Below, in pieces: positions 1 to 12,400 of a stretch of 64,000 nucleotides of DNA (position 1 is the first letter of the stretch; each line of letters opens with the position of its first letter). The DNA is from Tricharina praecox (lineage: Eukaryota), in the NCBI RefSeq assembly GCF_024521635.1, contig NW_026250422.1, forward strand, positions 620,001-684,000, given 5' to 3'. Position numbers and translations under genes: made by a program. The notes under the pieces were generated by a model. It ran no database searches. It had not been told where the DNA came from and saw nothing but the letters and a program-made list of their open reading frames with translations.

Positions 1-662
1 AGATTAGCGACAAGACCTTCTCCCGTGTCATCACCCCTGCCGGCGCCGAGCTCCCCAAGCAGGCGATCATCGACCTGGTCGTCGCTACCATCGCACTCAA
101 GTACACCCAATCCAACTCTGTCTGCTTCGCCAAGAATGGCCAGGTCGTCGGACTCGGAGCCGGCCAGCAGTCGCGTATTCACTGCACCCGTCTTGCTGGT
201 GACAAGGCCGACAACTGGTGGGCGAGACAGCACCCTAAGATCTTCGAGTTCAAGTGGAAGAAGGGAACCAAGCGCCCCGACAAGAGCAACGCTATCGACC
301 TCTTTGTCACCGGACAGATCCCCGAGAAGGGTAGCATGGAGTGGGATCTCTACGCCGCCAACTTCGACGAGGTCCCTACGGAACTCACTGCGGAGGAGAA
401 GAAGGCCTGGAAGAAGGAGCTGACCGACGTTGTTGTCTCCAGCGACGCATTCGTAAGTCACTATTTGTTTTATTGCAGAAATTATGGCTAACAGACGATG
501 ATATAGTTCCCCTTCGTTGACAACATTTTCCGTGCTGCCGCCTCTGGTGTCAAGTACGCTGCCGCCCCCGGTGGATCGGTGAACGACCAGGCCGTTCACG
601 ATGCCGCCGAGAAGTGTGGTATCACATTCGTGGAGCAGGAGACCCGTCTGTTCCATCACTAG
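1..662 (+). CDS. ADE17: Bifunctional AICAR transformylase/IMP cyclohydrolase (Ade16/Ade17/PurH), 3' part; intron 453-506
   Basis: Frame from nt 3 reads ...[47 protein letters not shown]...SSDAF|FPFVDN...RLFHH*; intron GTAAGT..CTAAC..TAG. Confidence 0.97.
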
Positions 663-745
663 AGAAAAAAAATAGCGAACTTGTATTGTATTTCGTAGAT
701 CTAGATTGTGATAAACGATGTTTTCAGGTCAAAGATGTTTGTGTG

Positions 746-1190
746 CTAGTGATAATGCTGTTTCGGTTGTCCGCTCGTATTATCTGATCCCTCACCATCG
801 TCAGCCGGCCAGCTATCCAGACCTACAGAGAAGTCCTTGTAGCCCTCAATCTCACAGTTGAAGTGATCAGCGTCTAAAGCGCCTGCAGTCGAAGTTGTTC
901 GGGTTGTCATTTTCTTCATGATTTTGGAAGTGATAGACTGCACTCTAGAGCAAGTGGGTAGTTCCCACTAGTTAGCGATTGGCCGGTCTTTACTCGAGAT
1001 TTCCCGTCAATAAGAAGCAGTTCCCACAGATGCCATTATTAGATGATAGATGCATTGTCGACTCTCGAGTGATGCAGCGAGAGCGCAGAGTTTCACCAGT
1101 TTGCTGACTTATTATGTAGCACCCTGCCGGCGGCGGGCCATTAAGTTTCGATGAGACTCCACATGGCTCACCATTACAAACGCTACGCAT
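746..1190 (-). CDS. Candidate small spliced orphan protein with CxxC motifs (introns 1124-1171 and 945-993)
   Basis: ORFs 990-1190 and 746-943 join in frame through GA|GTAAAG..GCTAAC..TAG|A; an in-frame GTGAGC..CAG intron lies near the ATG. Confidence 0.4.
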
Positions 1191-1326
1191 GGCACCCTGG
1201 AAGGAAGGGTAGGTATAAAACTTCCCTGGCGCGCTGCACTTAACCCCACCATTGCGGCTCTTTCACCCCACCATACATACATACACACACCTGCCTTCAG
1301 ATCGATCACCTTTGCGGAACGAAACG

Positions 1327-2746
1327 ATGCCGACGGAACTGGTAAACAACACTCGCCGAGAAGCTGGAGAAGCTGGAGAAGGAGGAGGGAAGGAGGGCTG
1401 ATACACTGCATGCGACAGGAAGAACTGGTGGGCTTTTTGGGCTCCCCACGGCCGGAGATTCGACAACTCGGTATGTTGTGGCATCATGATGCAAATGACC
1501 GCGGCAAGGAGCGCTGATGGAAAAAAAATCATTGCAGCGCTGGAGCATGCTGTCGGCTACAGCGCAGGTTCCCAGTCGAGTGTCTTCCTCGAGCCCGCTC
1601 TGAAACCTATACGCGATCTCAAAGTGATCGTGAACGACATTCCTGTGCGCTCCTCCCTCCCATATCTGCGCTGCGTCCTGGGTGGTTGGTTGCTGATTGC
1701 TGTGCTCGTCTGTCTCCAGCCCCGAGCAAAACACGCGCTCACGATCCTCGTAAACCTCAGTGACAAATCCGCGGTGCTGGAGTCGCTGATCAGCGACGCT
1801 CTTTTCCACCCGCTGCTGATCTCCAAGATCGTGTCTCAGTCGTACACCAATGCCGACCAGGCCTCGATGCTGCTCGCCAACATGACGAAGTCGGATTCGT
1901 TCTCGAAAAAACTTATCGACCTCCCGGCACTGGAGGGCGCCGAGGGCGGCGCTGCCTCCGTGCTCGACCAGCTCATGGACTGCTTCGTTAAGGGCACGAA
2001 TCCCGAGGCGAACTACGACTTCCTCGCGTACGTGTTTGCGGATGTCTCCAGGCTGCCGGCTGGTAGAGATTATTTTACCAAGAAGAGGGATTACGATGGA
2101 GTTATTCCCATCTGTAAGCTCACGGTGTTCACGGAACATAAGAGTTTGATCCGGAGGAAGGGTGTGGCCAGTACTATCAAGTATGTTTCCCGGGAAGAGA
2201 GGGCGGAGAGGGGGAGCAGTGCTGATGGATGGTGGTGGACGATAGGAACTGCTGCTTCGATGTATCCAGCCACCCAACCTTCCTAAACCCCGAGGAGGTA
2301 AATCTGCTACCCTACATCCTGCTGCCATTGATGGGCTCAGAGGAATACGACGACGAGGTATGCACCCCTCCCTTTCCTTGGTCCTCGCTAGCCCTTAACA
2401 GCGACAGGACATGGACGGAATGCTCGACGACCTCCAACTCCTGCCTCCCGACAAAGCTCGCGACACTGACACCCACATCCTTACAACACATCTGGAGTCG
2501 CTGCTCCTTCTCACATCCACCCGCGCTGGGCGAGAGTACATGCGGAAGGTCCAGGTGTATCCTATCATCAGGGAGACACATTTGCATACCGAGGATGATG
2601 AGGTCGCTGAGGCTTGTGATCGCCTTGTACAGGTACTTATGGCCGAGAGGGATGATGCGGGTGATGTAGGCCCCGATGGCGAGGTGGTAGAAAAGGAGGA
2701 GGAGGAGGAGGATGAGGATGAGGGCGCTATGGTCGAGATATTATAG
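1327..2746 (+). CDS. HGH1: Hgh1 (eEF2 chaperone, FAM203 family); introns 1342-1418, 1471-1537, 1645-1719, 2181-2245, 2358-2407
   Basis: MPTELEELVGFL start, LDQLMDCFVKG, IRRKGVASTIKNCCFD, LLPYILLPLMG, acidic tail; all five introns are canonical and restore frame. Confidence 0.95.
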
Positions 2747-3100
2747 ACTATTTGCTTTTAGATACCGGGTGGTTTGGGGTAGAAAAAATATCAAGAATCA
2801 GCTGGCTGTTTTACTTTCATCGTAAGCGAAAACGAGAGGTACAGCACTGAAGTAAAAACCGTAAAGAATGGGAACGGCAGCTGTTATTTCGGTATCAAAT
2901 GAACCCCCCAACTTAAACTTTGCATTTCAAACACATCTCTCTCTCACACACACACACACGCACACACACCTCATCGCGGCAAGTACACAATCTGAAGTAT
3001 CCCCTTGCATGTGTCCTCGCCCAAAAAGCACATCCATTAACAGAAGTCTTATGGTATTCCTCTCCCACCTCCACTGCCATTGCCACCTCGTTACCCCCGA

Positions 3101-4828
3101 TCATATTCCAAGGGTAAACTCGACGCCAACATCGATATCGCGGGCCATCTTGACGACCTTTGAGAACTGGACCGCCTTCTCAGCGGCCGCCTGGAGGTCC
3201 TCGAACGAGAAGATCTTGAGGCCGGAGTCGGCGATGAGCTGCTGAGCCTCGGCCATGTTGGTGCCCTGCAGACGGGCGACGATGGGGATGCGCAGGTTCA
3301 TATTCGACACGGTGGCGATCAGGCCCTTGGCAATGGCGTCGCAGCGGACGATACCACCAAAGATGTTGACGAAGATGGCAGTCACCTTGGGGTCGTTGGT
3401 GATCAGGCGGAACGCCTCCTCGATCGCCTGCCCGGTGGCTCCTCCTCCGCAGTCGAGGAAGTTGGCGGGCTCTCCGCCGTTCAGCTTGATGATGTCCATG
3501 GTGGCCATGGCAAGACCGGCTCCGTTAACGAGACATCCGATGTCACCATCGAGCTTGATGAAGTTGAGTCCGAGCCTTTTGAACTGTTAGGATATACGGG
3601 CCGGTAATGGGTGGACTCTGGGGGGAAGTCTTACTCTCCAGCCTTGACCTCATCAGGGTCCTCCTGGGACTTGTCCCTCCAGGTGAAGACTTCCTTCTGC
3701 CTGAAATCGGCATTGTCATCGAAGCCCAACTTGGCGTCCATGGCGAGCACGCGGTGGTCGACAGTCTCACTCAGAGGGTTGATCTCGATCTGGGTAGCAT
3801 CCTTCTCACAGAAGACTTTGTAAAGCTTCTGGATGGTGTCCACAGCCTCGGGGATGCACTGAGGGGAGAAGCCCAAATCGGTAGCAATCTTGGTAGCCAT
3901 TTCATCGGTAACACCCTTGTGGATATCGACGGGGGTGGTAATGATAGCATCGGGGTTCTCCTTAGCAACACCCTCGATATCCATTCCTCCCTGCGAGGAG
4001 GAGACGATGACGGGGCCCTGGGTCTGACGGTCCATGAGGATAGCGAGGTAGAACTCGCGACGGGCGAACTTGCGCTCACAGATGTACACTGAAGTGCAGA
4101 GCTTTCCCGCGGCACCCGTCTGCTTGGTGATGAGCTTCTGACCGATCATTTGTCCTGCAAACATCTTGGCCTCAGTCGGGCTTGTAAATATCAGCCAGCA
4201 TGTCCACACAACACAGCCCGTTCTATCGCGAAGGACGAGGGGGGACGCCGTACGAGTAGATAACGCGCACACCACCTTTTAGGCCGTTCTCAAAGTGGCC
4301 CTTTCCACGGCCTCCAGCCAGAACCTGAGCCTTGATAACCATATCATCTCCGCCTATATTCGGACACCCAGTTAGTTACCGAGCGAATTACGGAGAAGCC
4401 AGTATCTTGGTGTCAACGGACCGATATCTTTGGCCACAGCTTCGGCCTCCTCCGCAGTCGTCGCATTCGCGCCCTTGGGCACGCCGATGCCGTACTAGGC
4501 CGAGGTTCAGTAGAGCTCTCAATGTGGGGTGTGTGCATCGCGGGGGGGAGATCGTACCGACTTAAGGAGGTTTGCAGAGAGGTACTCGTGGATGGAAAGA
4601 CATCTCCGCTGGGACTGCACAAGATTGCTATTGATCTGTGTATGCTGCCAAGGGCAACCTTGATATCAGCATTTTTGTTTTTTTCCCTTGAACCCTCGTT
4701 GTCCAGCTACCAGTAGGTTTCGCACAGGACATCATCAAGGTAGGGAAGAGAGGCGGTATACGAACTCTGGATGTGGCCTTGACAGATGCCAAAAGAGGCC
4801 TGCCAGTGCTTCGCACGATATTGAACAT
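3101..4828 (-). CDS. LSC2: Mitochondrial succinyl-CoA ligase beta subunit, 5 introns
   Basis: Presequence, [61 protein letters not shown]. Confidence 0.97.
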
Positions 4829-5168
4829 GCTGTGTGGGGGGATTCGGGGTGTTCGGAGTGTTCGGAGGAGGAGAATAAGTGTTAAGGTGGGATCGATCCT
4901 CCTTTCGGGAAATTCGAATAAGTAGCTTCTCGGGTGTAGTCGGTCTGCAGAGGGCGCGGCGAGTTGAGGGCTTTAGGAGGGGGGGATTGCTAGTTTTGTG
5001 TGGGGGAGAAGAGCCGCCGCACAGCAACCTTCCACATCCAACGGCGGCCATCCTGCCTGCGACCTTCTCGGCTTCGGCCCTTGTCACGGACAAATACGAC
5101 GCAGAATTCCGCGCCGCTAACGAGAGCAAGCAACAACCGCCCGCAACCACAACCACCCCCACAAATTA

Positions 5169-5969
5169 ATGGCCGCAACTACCTCCTCCCCCGCCTCTAC
5201 CGCCGGCGCCGCGAAACCTGCCGACGCAAACGTGATACAGGCGCGAATCGACCTCCAGGTCTCGAAAGCCCGGAACCTAGTAGCATCATGGCTTCCCGCC
5301 AGGCAATCCGCGACAGCAGTTGCGGACAACGACGATGAGGACGACGAGTTATTTAAGCCCGCACCACCCAGGCACCTCCTCCCCCCTCCCCCCTCTCCCT
5401 CCCCGCTGCACCGCGCCCACGCACACTCTCACTAACAATCGTCGCTGAACAGTCTAGGTGTCGGCGCGCCAATTCCCGCCGAGTTCAAAGTTCGTGGAGC
5501 AGGAACCGACACGTTACGGCGGAATCTACTTGGCGGCCGGAAGCCTACGAAACAGATGCCCGCTGCGGAAAAATTAGCAGCCCGGAAACGAGTGGAAAAG
5601 GATGATAGCGACGAGGATACGGGACGCTCCGCACTGGGTGGTGTTGGATCCAAGAAACGGAAAATGTCCAGTGATCTGAGAAGGAAACCTGCGAAGGTTT
5701 CGGCCCTGGTAGCTGTGAAAACTGGCGAGAAGAAGGCAAAGGCCAAGAAGGAGGACGAAGGGTCAAAGACGAAAGAGGAGGGAGAGGCGAAGGTGAAAGA
5801 GGAGGACAAGCCCGAGCCCATGGATGTCGATGATACCCCCACTGCTGCTGCTGCTGCTGCTGGCGATACACCTTCCACGACTGTGGACGCGAGCAAGAGG
5901 AAGTCGAAGTCGAAAAAGAAGAACAAGAAGAACAAGCAAGGAGCAAGCGGTGCTATAGCTAAAGCATAG
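5169..5969 (+). CDS. Lys-rich conserved fungal protein (DUF3245-like); one intron ending 5452
   Basis: LVASWLP...ELFKPAPP/LGVGAPIP...LRRNLLG motifs, basic KSKKKNKKNK tail; CTAAC branch point and CAG acceptor at 5452. Confidence 0.75.
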
Positions 5970-6328
5970 CACTGCTTACTCCGGCAAGGCACGGGAAGTC
6001 CAAGCTCAGTATCCCTACGATACATCGCAGGCTTTCTTTCAAAATATATCACTATCATATGTGAACTGGGAAATCCTCCCAAGTGTTGGCGTTTTCGTAC
6101 AATTCATACACGAGTAAAACCGGACTTTGCAAATCGTACACAACAAAATACTCTGTCCATGCGTTGGTATGCCCAAAAATCCCCTCCCCCTCTGCTTCAC
6201 AAGAAACGAAAGACAAAATAGAAAGAAAATACAATCCCTTACGCCAAACCCCATATATTAAAACCATAACATTGTTGCCATGATATGTATGCCTGGGTCT
6301 CCCCCTACCCTCTCTCGAGCACAACTCG

Positions 6329-8313
6329 CTACATCATCCGCTTCCTCTTCCTGTCATCTGGTTCACCATCGCTGACACCATCCCTATCCATCGCCGAATC
6401 CGGTGGATTCAGCAATGCGTGGACGCTGCTGGAAGCAAGACTCGAGCGCCTCGTTGGAGGCGCCGTATGTCCTGCTTCTCGAGGGGGAGGGAACTTGGTC
6501 CCTCCGAAACCCCACGCAATGCCTCCACCCGGCCCGTCATGATTACCCATGCCGCCCTCATTCAAGGGCGGCGTAGTCTGCGACGAGAATATGGATGGCC
6601 TGGGTGCCTGCGACATGTCGTAGGGCCCAGCATCTCTGTAGTCATTCGGCGGCTTTCCGGGTGACGGGGGCCAGTGTGGGGTCTGGCCAATCCCGCTGAA
6701 CGGAGAGTTGACCTGCCAACCATGCTGTCTGATATCGGCGGTTGTGTGCCGCCGAGATAGGTGGCCCGGTGGAGATTGGGATTGGAGATTTGATAGAGGG
6801 TGCGGGATCGGTTGTTGGTGATCCCGTTGCGGACGGAGCGAGTTGGGTGAGGATGAGCCGGCCATTCCGGGGGCGGCGAGACGCCTCCCCGGAGCCTGCG
6901 GTGCCGGTGGAGCTGGGTGTCGGAAGTAGGGTCGCGGCGGGCCACTGAAGGAACCGCGGAGGGAATCGTCCTCCACTGGCCGCTGCCGTGGCGATAAGGG
7001 TACGCCGTTGTCTACCAACGTTGTGGTAAACGTTGGCGCGTCACGGTGCATCATTTCCCTTGGAGGTTCTTCTAGAGCGTGACTGTGCCGCTCTATTTCC
7101 TTCTGCAACGATTGGACTGTTCGCATCGTCAGCCATGCCCTTTGCGGAGCGGGAGCGTACAATTGGGGCTATCTCACTGTCACGAAGAATCGGGGCATCC
7201 GAGGGAAACGCGTGCGACAAGAACTGGGCAATTTCCGAGGTGTACTGGAATCACAAGTTCAGCATAACACCTATAATGACTCCCCAGGAGAATGACGCAC
7301 CCGGCGGCATCTGGAAAAGCCATCGACCGCAGCCTGACAACGAGCGGATAGGTAAGTGTTGTTATCCTCGGTCCGAGCCAGTCGTGTGGTGACATCGAAC
7401 AGAGTCTGCTCTATGCCGCTCAATCTGGCTTCCACCGAGTCTGTTGACTGTTCGCCTGGCGTTCCGGGAGCAGAAACGGCAGTACCCTTGGGTCCGGAGA
7501 ATGAATCGCGATGGATCAAGGCGTGTCGTGACGCCCGGCGCTTGATCTCCCGTAAGCCAACCAAATCACCGCGTTTGAAACTTCCGTTTCCGTGCTTAAA
7601 CTCCCACAACGTGGAATCCGGGGAACCGGTGTGGAAGACGTCGTTCACTGAAACATCATGCGGATGAGCTGGGCGTCACCAACTGTGGGAGAGGAGGAGG
7701 AGGAGGAGGAGGAGGCTATAGGATCGGATGGGCAGCAGCGGACCTTTGTGGAAGCCGTACATGTTGAGCTGGCGTACGAAGGAGGAGATATTGGTGTGCT
7801 TGAAATATTGACTACACACTCAATCGTCAGACTCGAATTTCGTTTCGATTATCTCGGGTTCTATCTTCTTTCGAGTCGGCTTACCTCAGGACCTTGGAGA
7901 ACTCGCCAGTCGGGGAGACAACAAAGCTCTCGTTGCTGGGAGACCACGATATGAGATGCTGGATGTTTGCGTCCTCGAGCATGCTACATTTCCCACTTAG
8001 CTTTCGAAGCTCGAATAGACTCAAGCGAGGGACCGTACTTGTAGAGCTTATGAATAAACGCAGTTTGCACTTTCGGTTGCTGGACAGCCGAGCTCCCCAA
8101 CGACACCGACTGCGAGTGTTGAGGCCCCGGCGGCGCATTCCCCATCTGCGCGTCCATTGTCGCCGTAAGCGACATGTTCTCGATGGGCTCGATTTCGGGA
8201 CTGCTCCTGGAGTGTGGTCCGCCCTTTGATTCCGAGGAGGAGAGAGGTCGCACTTGGTTGCCTGCGTCGCCGGAGAAAGGTATCCTCGAGGTTATTTGGC
8301 TCTGTTCCATCAT
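6329..8313 (-). CDS. HSF-type DNA-binding transcription factor, Sfl1-like; 5 introns
   Basis: AFIHKLYNMLED...ISW...YFKHTNISSFVRQLNMYGFHKV...WEFKHGNGSFKRGD domain, coiled coil, C-terminal SSVHALLNP and KRKR. Confidence 0.92.
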
Positions 8314-9416
8314 CAGACTTTTTTTCGTTGCCAGACTCCTTTTAGTCGCCAGATCCTAGCCCGGCCACTTCCGTTCAATTCAGCAAGCACAGGATGAAGC
8401 GACAGGTAGGGTCGGGTTTTTGGAGTGGGTGAGGAGGAGGTGGAGAGGTGGAGGAGGAGGGTTTGGCGGCGGTTTTTTCTTTCTTTTCGAGAAAGTGTTG
8501 ATGATCTAGAGGAGGAGGAGGAGGGGGACTATCGACCGAACATATGGGGGGGTGTGGATGTGGAGATCGCTCGGTTCCTCAGCGTAGACTGCCGGTTTAA
8601 CGATAGTGCATGCGTCAAAGCCGATCGAGAAGGTGTGAGGACAGCTCTGAGCGCGGGAAGCCACCGCAACCCCCAGGCAGACAGGCAGCGGCCGGCGGAC
8701 CAAGCGAAAATCGTCAGAAACTCCTTGCTGGCCGGCGGGTGGGCGGCCTGGTGTGTGTAGGGGTGTCACCGTTGTGGACGGGGGCGGGCGGACGGGCGGG
8801 GGTTTGGATTTGTGGGGGAGGAGGAGGTGGGACGGGGACGGGGAGGACGAGGAGGAGGACGGGGAAGGAGGCTATCTTCTACGAAGGGAGGGATGATGGG
8901 AGGTAGGGTTCTGTGTTTTCTCCGCTCGGGTCACGTCGGGGGGCGGGCGGGTTCTCCGGTTTTGTTCGCCTTTGATGCAAAGGCAAGGGGAAGACTGTGG
9001 ACTTGAGGCTGAGTTCACGAACGAACTTCTTGTCCCTTCCAGAAAAAAAGAGATGATGGGCCCTGCCTGAAGTGCGCGAGGTACTCGAACATCGCTGGCG
9101 CTGCGTACATGGAGGCAGGTAGGGCTGATATGACTACCGGTATTACAGCCCGGTGGCAGCGAGTCAACAGGCGCGGCGGTGGCGGACGCGGCCGCGGCAA
9201 TGGTGATTGGGGGGCGGAGATGTGGACTCTATGGCACTCCTGGACATCTCCACTCTGTGTTGGCGGAAGGCGTCACCGCTCCTCAGGTTCTTCTTCGATT
9301 TCTACCTGGAACAGCTCTCATTTTCCGCAAATGATAGGTAGTATTATTGAGGAGGGGGGGGGCTCCCTCAGGTCTATCAAACCCCGTCTTGTTGTTTTCT
9401 CCTCGTTCTCATTCTT

Positions 9417-9483
9417 CCTCCTCCTCCTCCTCCTCCTCCTCCTCCTCCTCCTCCTCCTCTTCCTCCTCCTCCTCCTCCTCCTC
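9417..9483. repeat. (CCT)n microsatellite, about 22 units
   Basis: Near-perfect CTC run with one TTC interruption. Confidence 0.95.
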
Positions 9484-12400
9484 GTTCTTCCGTGCCTCGA
9501 CTCCGCACGGACAGGGGCAACAACTACAGCTGGTTCGACGACAGCGCTGCTGGGATGTTCTCTATAGAGCCCGTCCATTGAATCGACGGGATTCAAACGT
9601 CAGGGAGTGATTTGGCGGCTGTTTACAGTAGAGGGAGACACCCCCAGGATACGCGTATACTCCACCCATTCCTACTTAGCTATTGGCTTAGATGTGGAGG
9701 GGGGAACACAGCAAGATGAATAGGCCATAGGGATTGGTACTAGCTAATATATACTGCCGAGTGACTTGACGTGGCCGGAGAGCGCTGGTGGGGGGATGAT
9801 ACGTATACCACCGACACTACGGATACCCCACTTCCTCCTCGGAGGGGAAGGCTACAGCTGTTCGTCCGCGGTCCTCACCAACCCCACGGCGTGGAGACGG
9901 GGAGGTGGACCCGAGAGGTGTCGGCATGTGCCGCGGAGCAGGAGAATTACGGGGACCCTGGAGTTCGAGGGGGGAGGGGGCCCATAGGTGAACCTTGCCA
10001 GTGCAAAGCCTTCATTTCCTCGGCCGTGGAGCCTGCGATTCCCCGAGTGGAGTTTGAGGCGAGGATCGATCGGAAGTGAGCCCAGTCGTCAATTGGTCGG
10101 GAACCGCTTGGGGGGTGTCCATGAGGGGGGGGCGCGGGGGGGACACAACCCGACTGGCCATGGACACCGGGAGGGTAGTAATCAAGCGATTACACGAGGC
10201 ATTCGCATTTGCATTCGAAAGAGTAGGTATATCCAGTCGATACACAAGCCCTACGATACGTGAAGAAACGCCCAATGAAGAAGTCGCTCCCATGCCTGTG
10301 TGTGTCGAGCACTCTACACGACTCTAGCCAGCCATGCACGGCCAGAACAAATCACAGCCTGCGAGAAAGAACACGTCAACGACCAGTAGCAGGAGGATAA
10401 GTACTCCATAAAATCGATATCAGCCAGCACCGTCCAGCCGTTACCGGGTGATTATAAGTAAGTGAGAAGTATGCAGCTTTAAAACCGGAATCGTCCACAC
10501 TCTCCACTGGCAGGATCCTGGGAATTGCATTTTAAGATAGATTGCTCGGTCGTTGTCGTCGAGTCGGAGGCGGTGGCAGTCGATTATTCCACCTGCTTCG
10601 GTTCTGTAGTATGTAAGCCTTACGGCTATCTAGGTGTTCGATCAATGAGACGAGATACCGATGAAACGCAACTTACCGGGCACCGTGTGTCACTCGAATC
10701 TTCCGATGTAGTGCAGCTACCCCTGGATGTCGAAGCTTGGTTGCCGGTCTTGAGATTAACGAGCCGACGTCGGCATCGGCACCTGAAGCAGTCGCAGAGG
10801 GAGTTCTATTTCGAGCTGGGCTGCGGTGATCGGTAAAGATATCCCCTCGCAAAACTCAAGGTATGATACCTACAGCACCCATGGGCAGTCACGGAGCACC
10901 GGGCCGGCAGAGCCAACCTTTCTTGCGACTTTCGAGCTCGCTGCAAAGTTCCTCGCAATGTGATATCAACATTGGACCACAGAGGCATACAAGTTCGGAT
11001 GAGAAGTTTCACGTGAAAATCATGAAAGATCACTCACGATTGCATTTGGATCCTGACCACTTCTGTTTGCGACTACTGCCACGACGGCTTTGCCGGGTTG
11101 GAATGTTGTAAAGCTACAGAATTTTAATATAGTTGTTTAAGACAGCTTATACCCTGATCTTCGAACCGTTGGTACACACTTACCTTAGACATAGACGGCC
11201 CGACCCGAAGTACCTAGTACAGTTAACATGTATCGACAATGCCCACTTTCCTGGTTGGCTCTTGCGCTGATGTCATCCAGCAAGGACAAATTCCACGTTG
11301 ATGTCTCGTGGAGAATGTAGGCTCGTGTTTAGTACCTAGTATGAGCAAAGGTTAAGAGGCGGAGACAGGGTGATTCATTGTCCCCCCACAAGGCCCACAA
11401 TCAATGTAGATTTAATGCAGTGCATAAATCGGCCGGCAAAAACGATATGGAAATCAAGAGCGCGAAAGCAGAAAGCAGCTTCCCAGAAATGAGAGCTATC
11501 CGCACTGGCTCGGATCTACATCTACGGTGGCCATGTAGGGGATACCGGTAGGCTTCGGGGGCGGTGGTTGCACAATTTCTCACGGCGCACCGGGGAAGTT
11601 CGTGGATAGGCTTTGAATATGTGAATAGCATCAGACAACCGCTACCCATCTCTTTGGTTCTACGGTTTGTTTTTGGGGGCTGTTGAGGACCGTCATAGAG
11701 GTAGCAACTCTGCATCCCACCGAACCATGAAGTAGAAGCAAATAATCACAATCATTAAGAGCGGATAGTTGCTACGTAAATACATCAGGGAATGCCATAT
11801 TGCACATATACTATTACATCGCCATATCTATCATTATGCCGTACAGATCAAGAAAAACAAAGACAACACTCACATTGTTTAATCTAAACATGATGAAGGA
11901 ATCAACGGCCACCCCTCAAGCAAAATGAAACTAGACTTGAAGGGTATGATCCCCGTTCAGCAATGGTGAGGCTGTTGGCAGTGGCCACGATGGCGGAAAG
12001 TATAGCGACGAGAATCTGGGTGGTTGCATGTTGGAATGAGCCCTTGGAGGAAAGAGAAAATTGGGCACAAACGTTGGTGAACTGCATCTGGAAACCGAGA
12101 AGCTGCTCTGGTGATAGGTCTAATGCCTTGCAAAACAATTGTAACGAGAGATGGTTGCGGATCTAGGAGTGGTGCTGACATTCCGTAAACCTCCAGGCGT
12201 AGAAAGGCTGGCGTTCATCACTTCTTCGCCGTGTGCAAATAACAAAAGTTTACTCGAGTAACTACTCGAGATTCCCGTCACTTTACGTTCTGGATATACC
12301 AGATATGATGCCAGGCATCTCCGGTTCAACCATACAAGTATTCTGGAGTCCAGACCGATCACCGGTGCTTTAATTGTACTGGTAGGTATATATTCTTCAT

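Noticed and set aside
1306..2328. 340-aa minus ORF and similar long antisense ORFs (36389-37351, 45401-46297, 47472-48428)
   Set aside because: Shadows of GC3-rich genes on the opposite strand; no independent motifs
9109..9610. Poly-Leu, poly-Arg and poly-Ser ORFs
   Set aside because: Translations of the (CCT)n microsatellite
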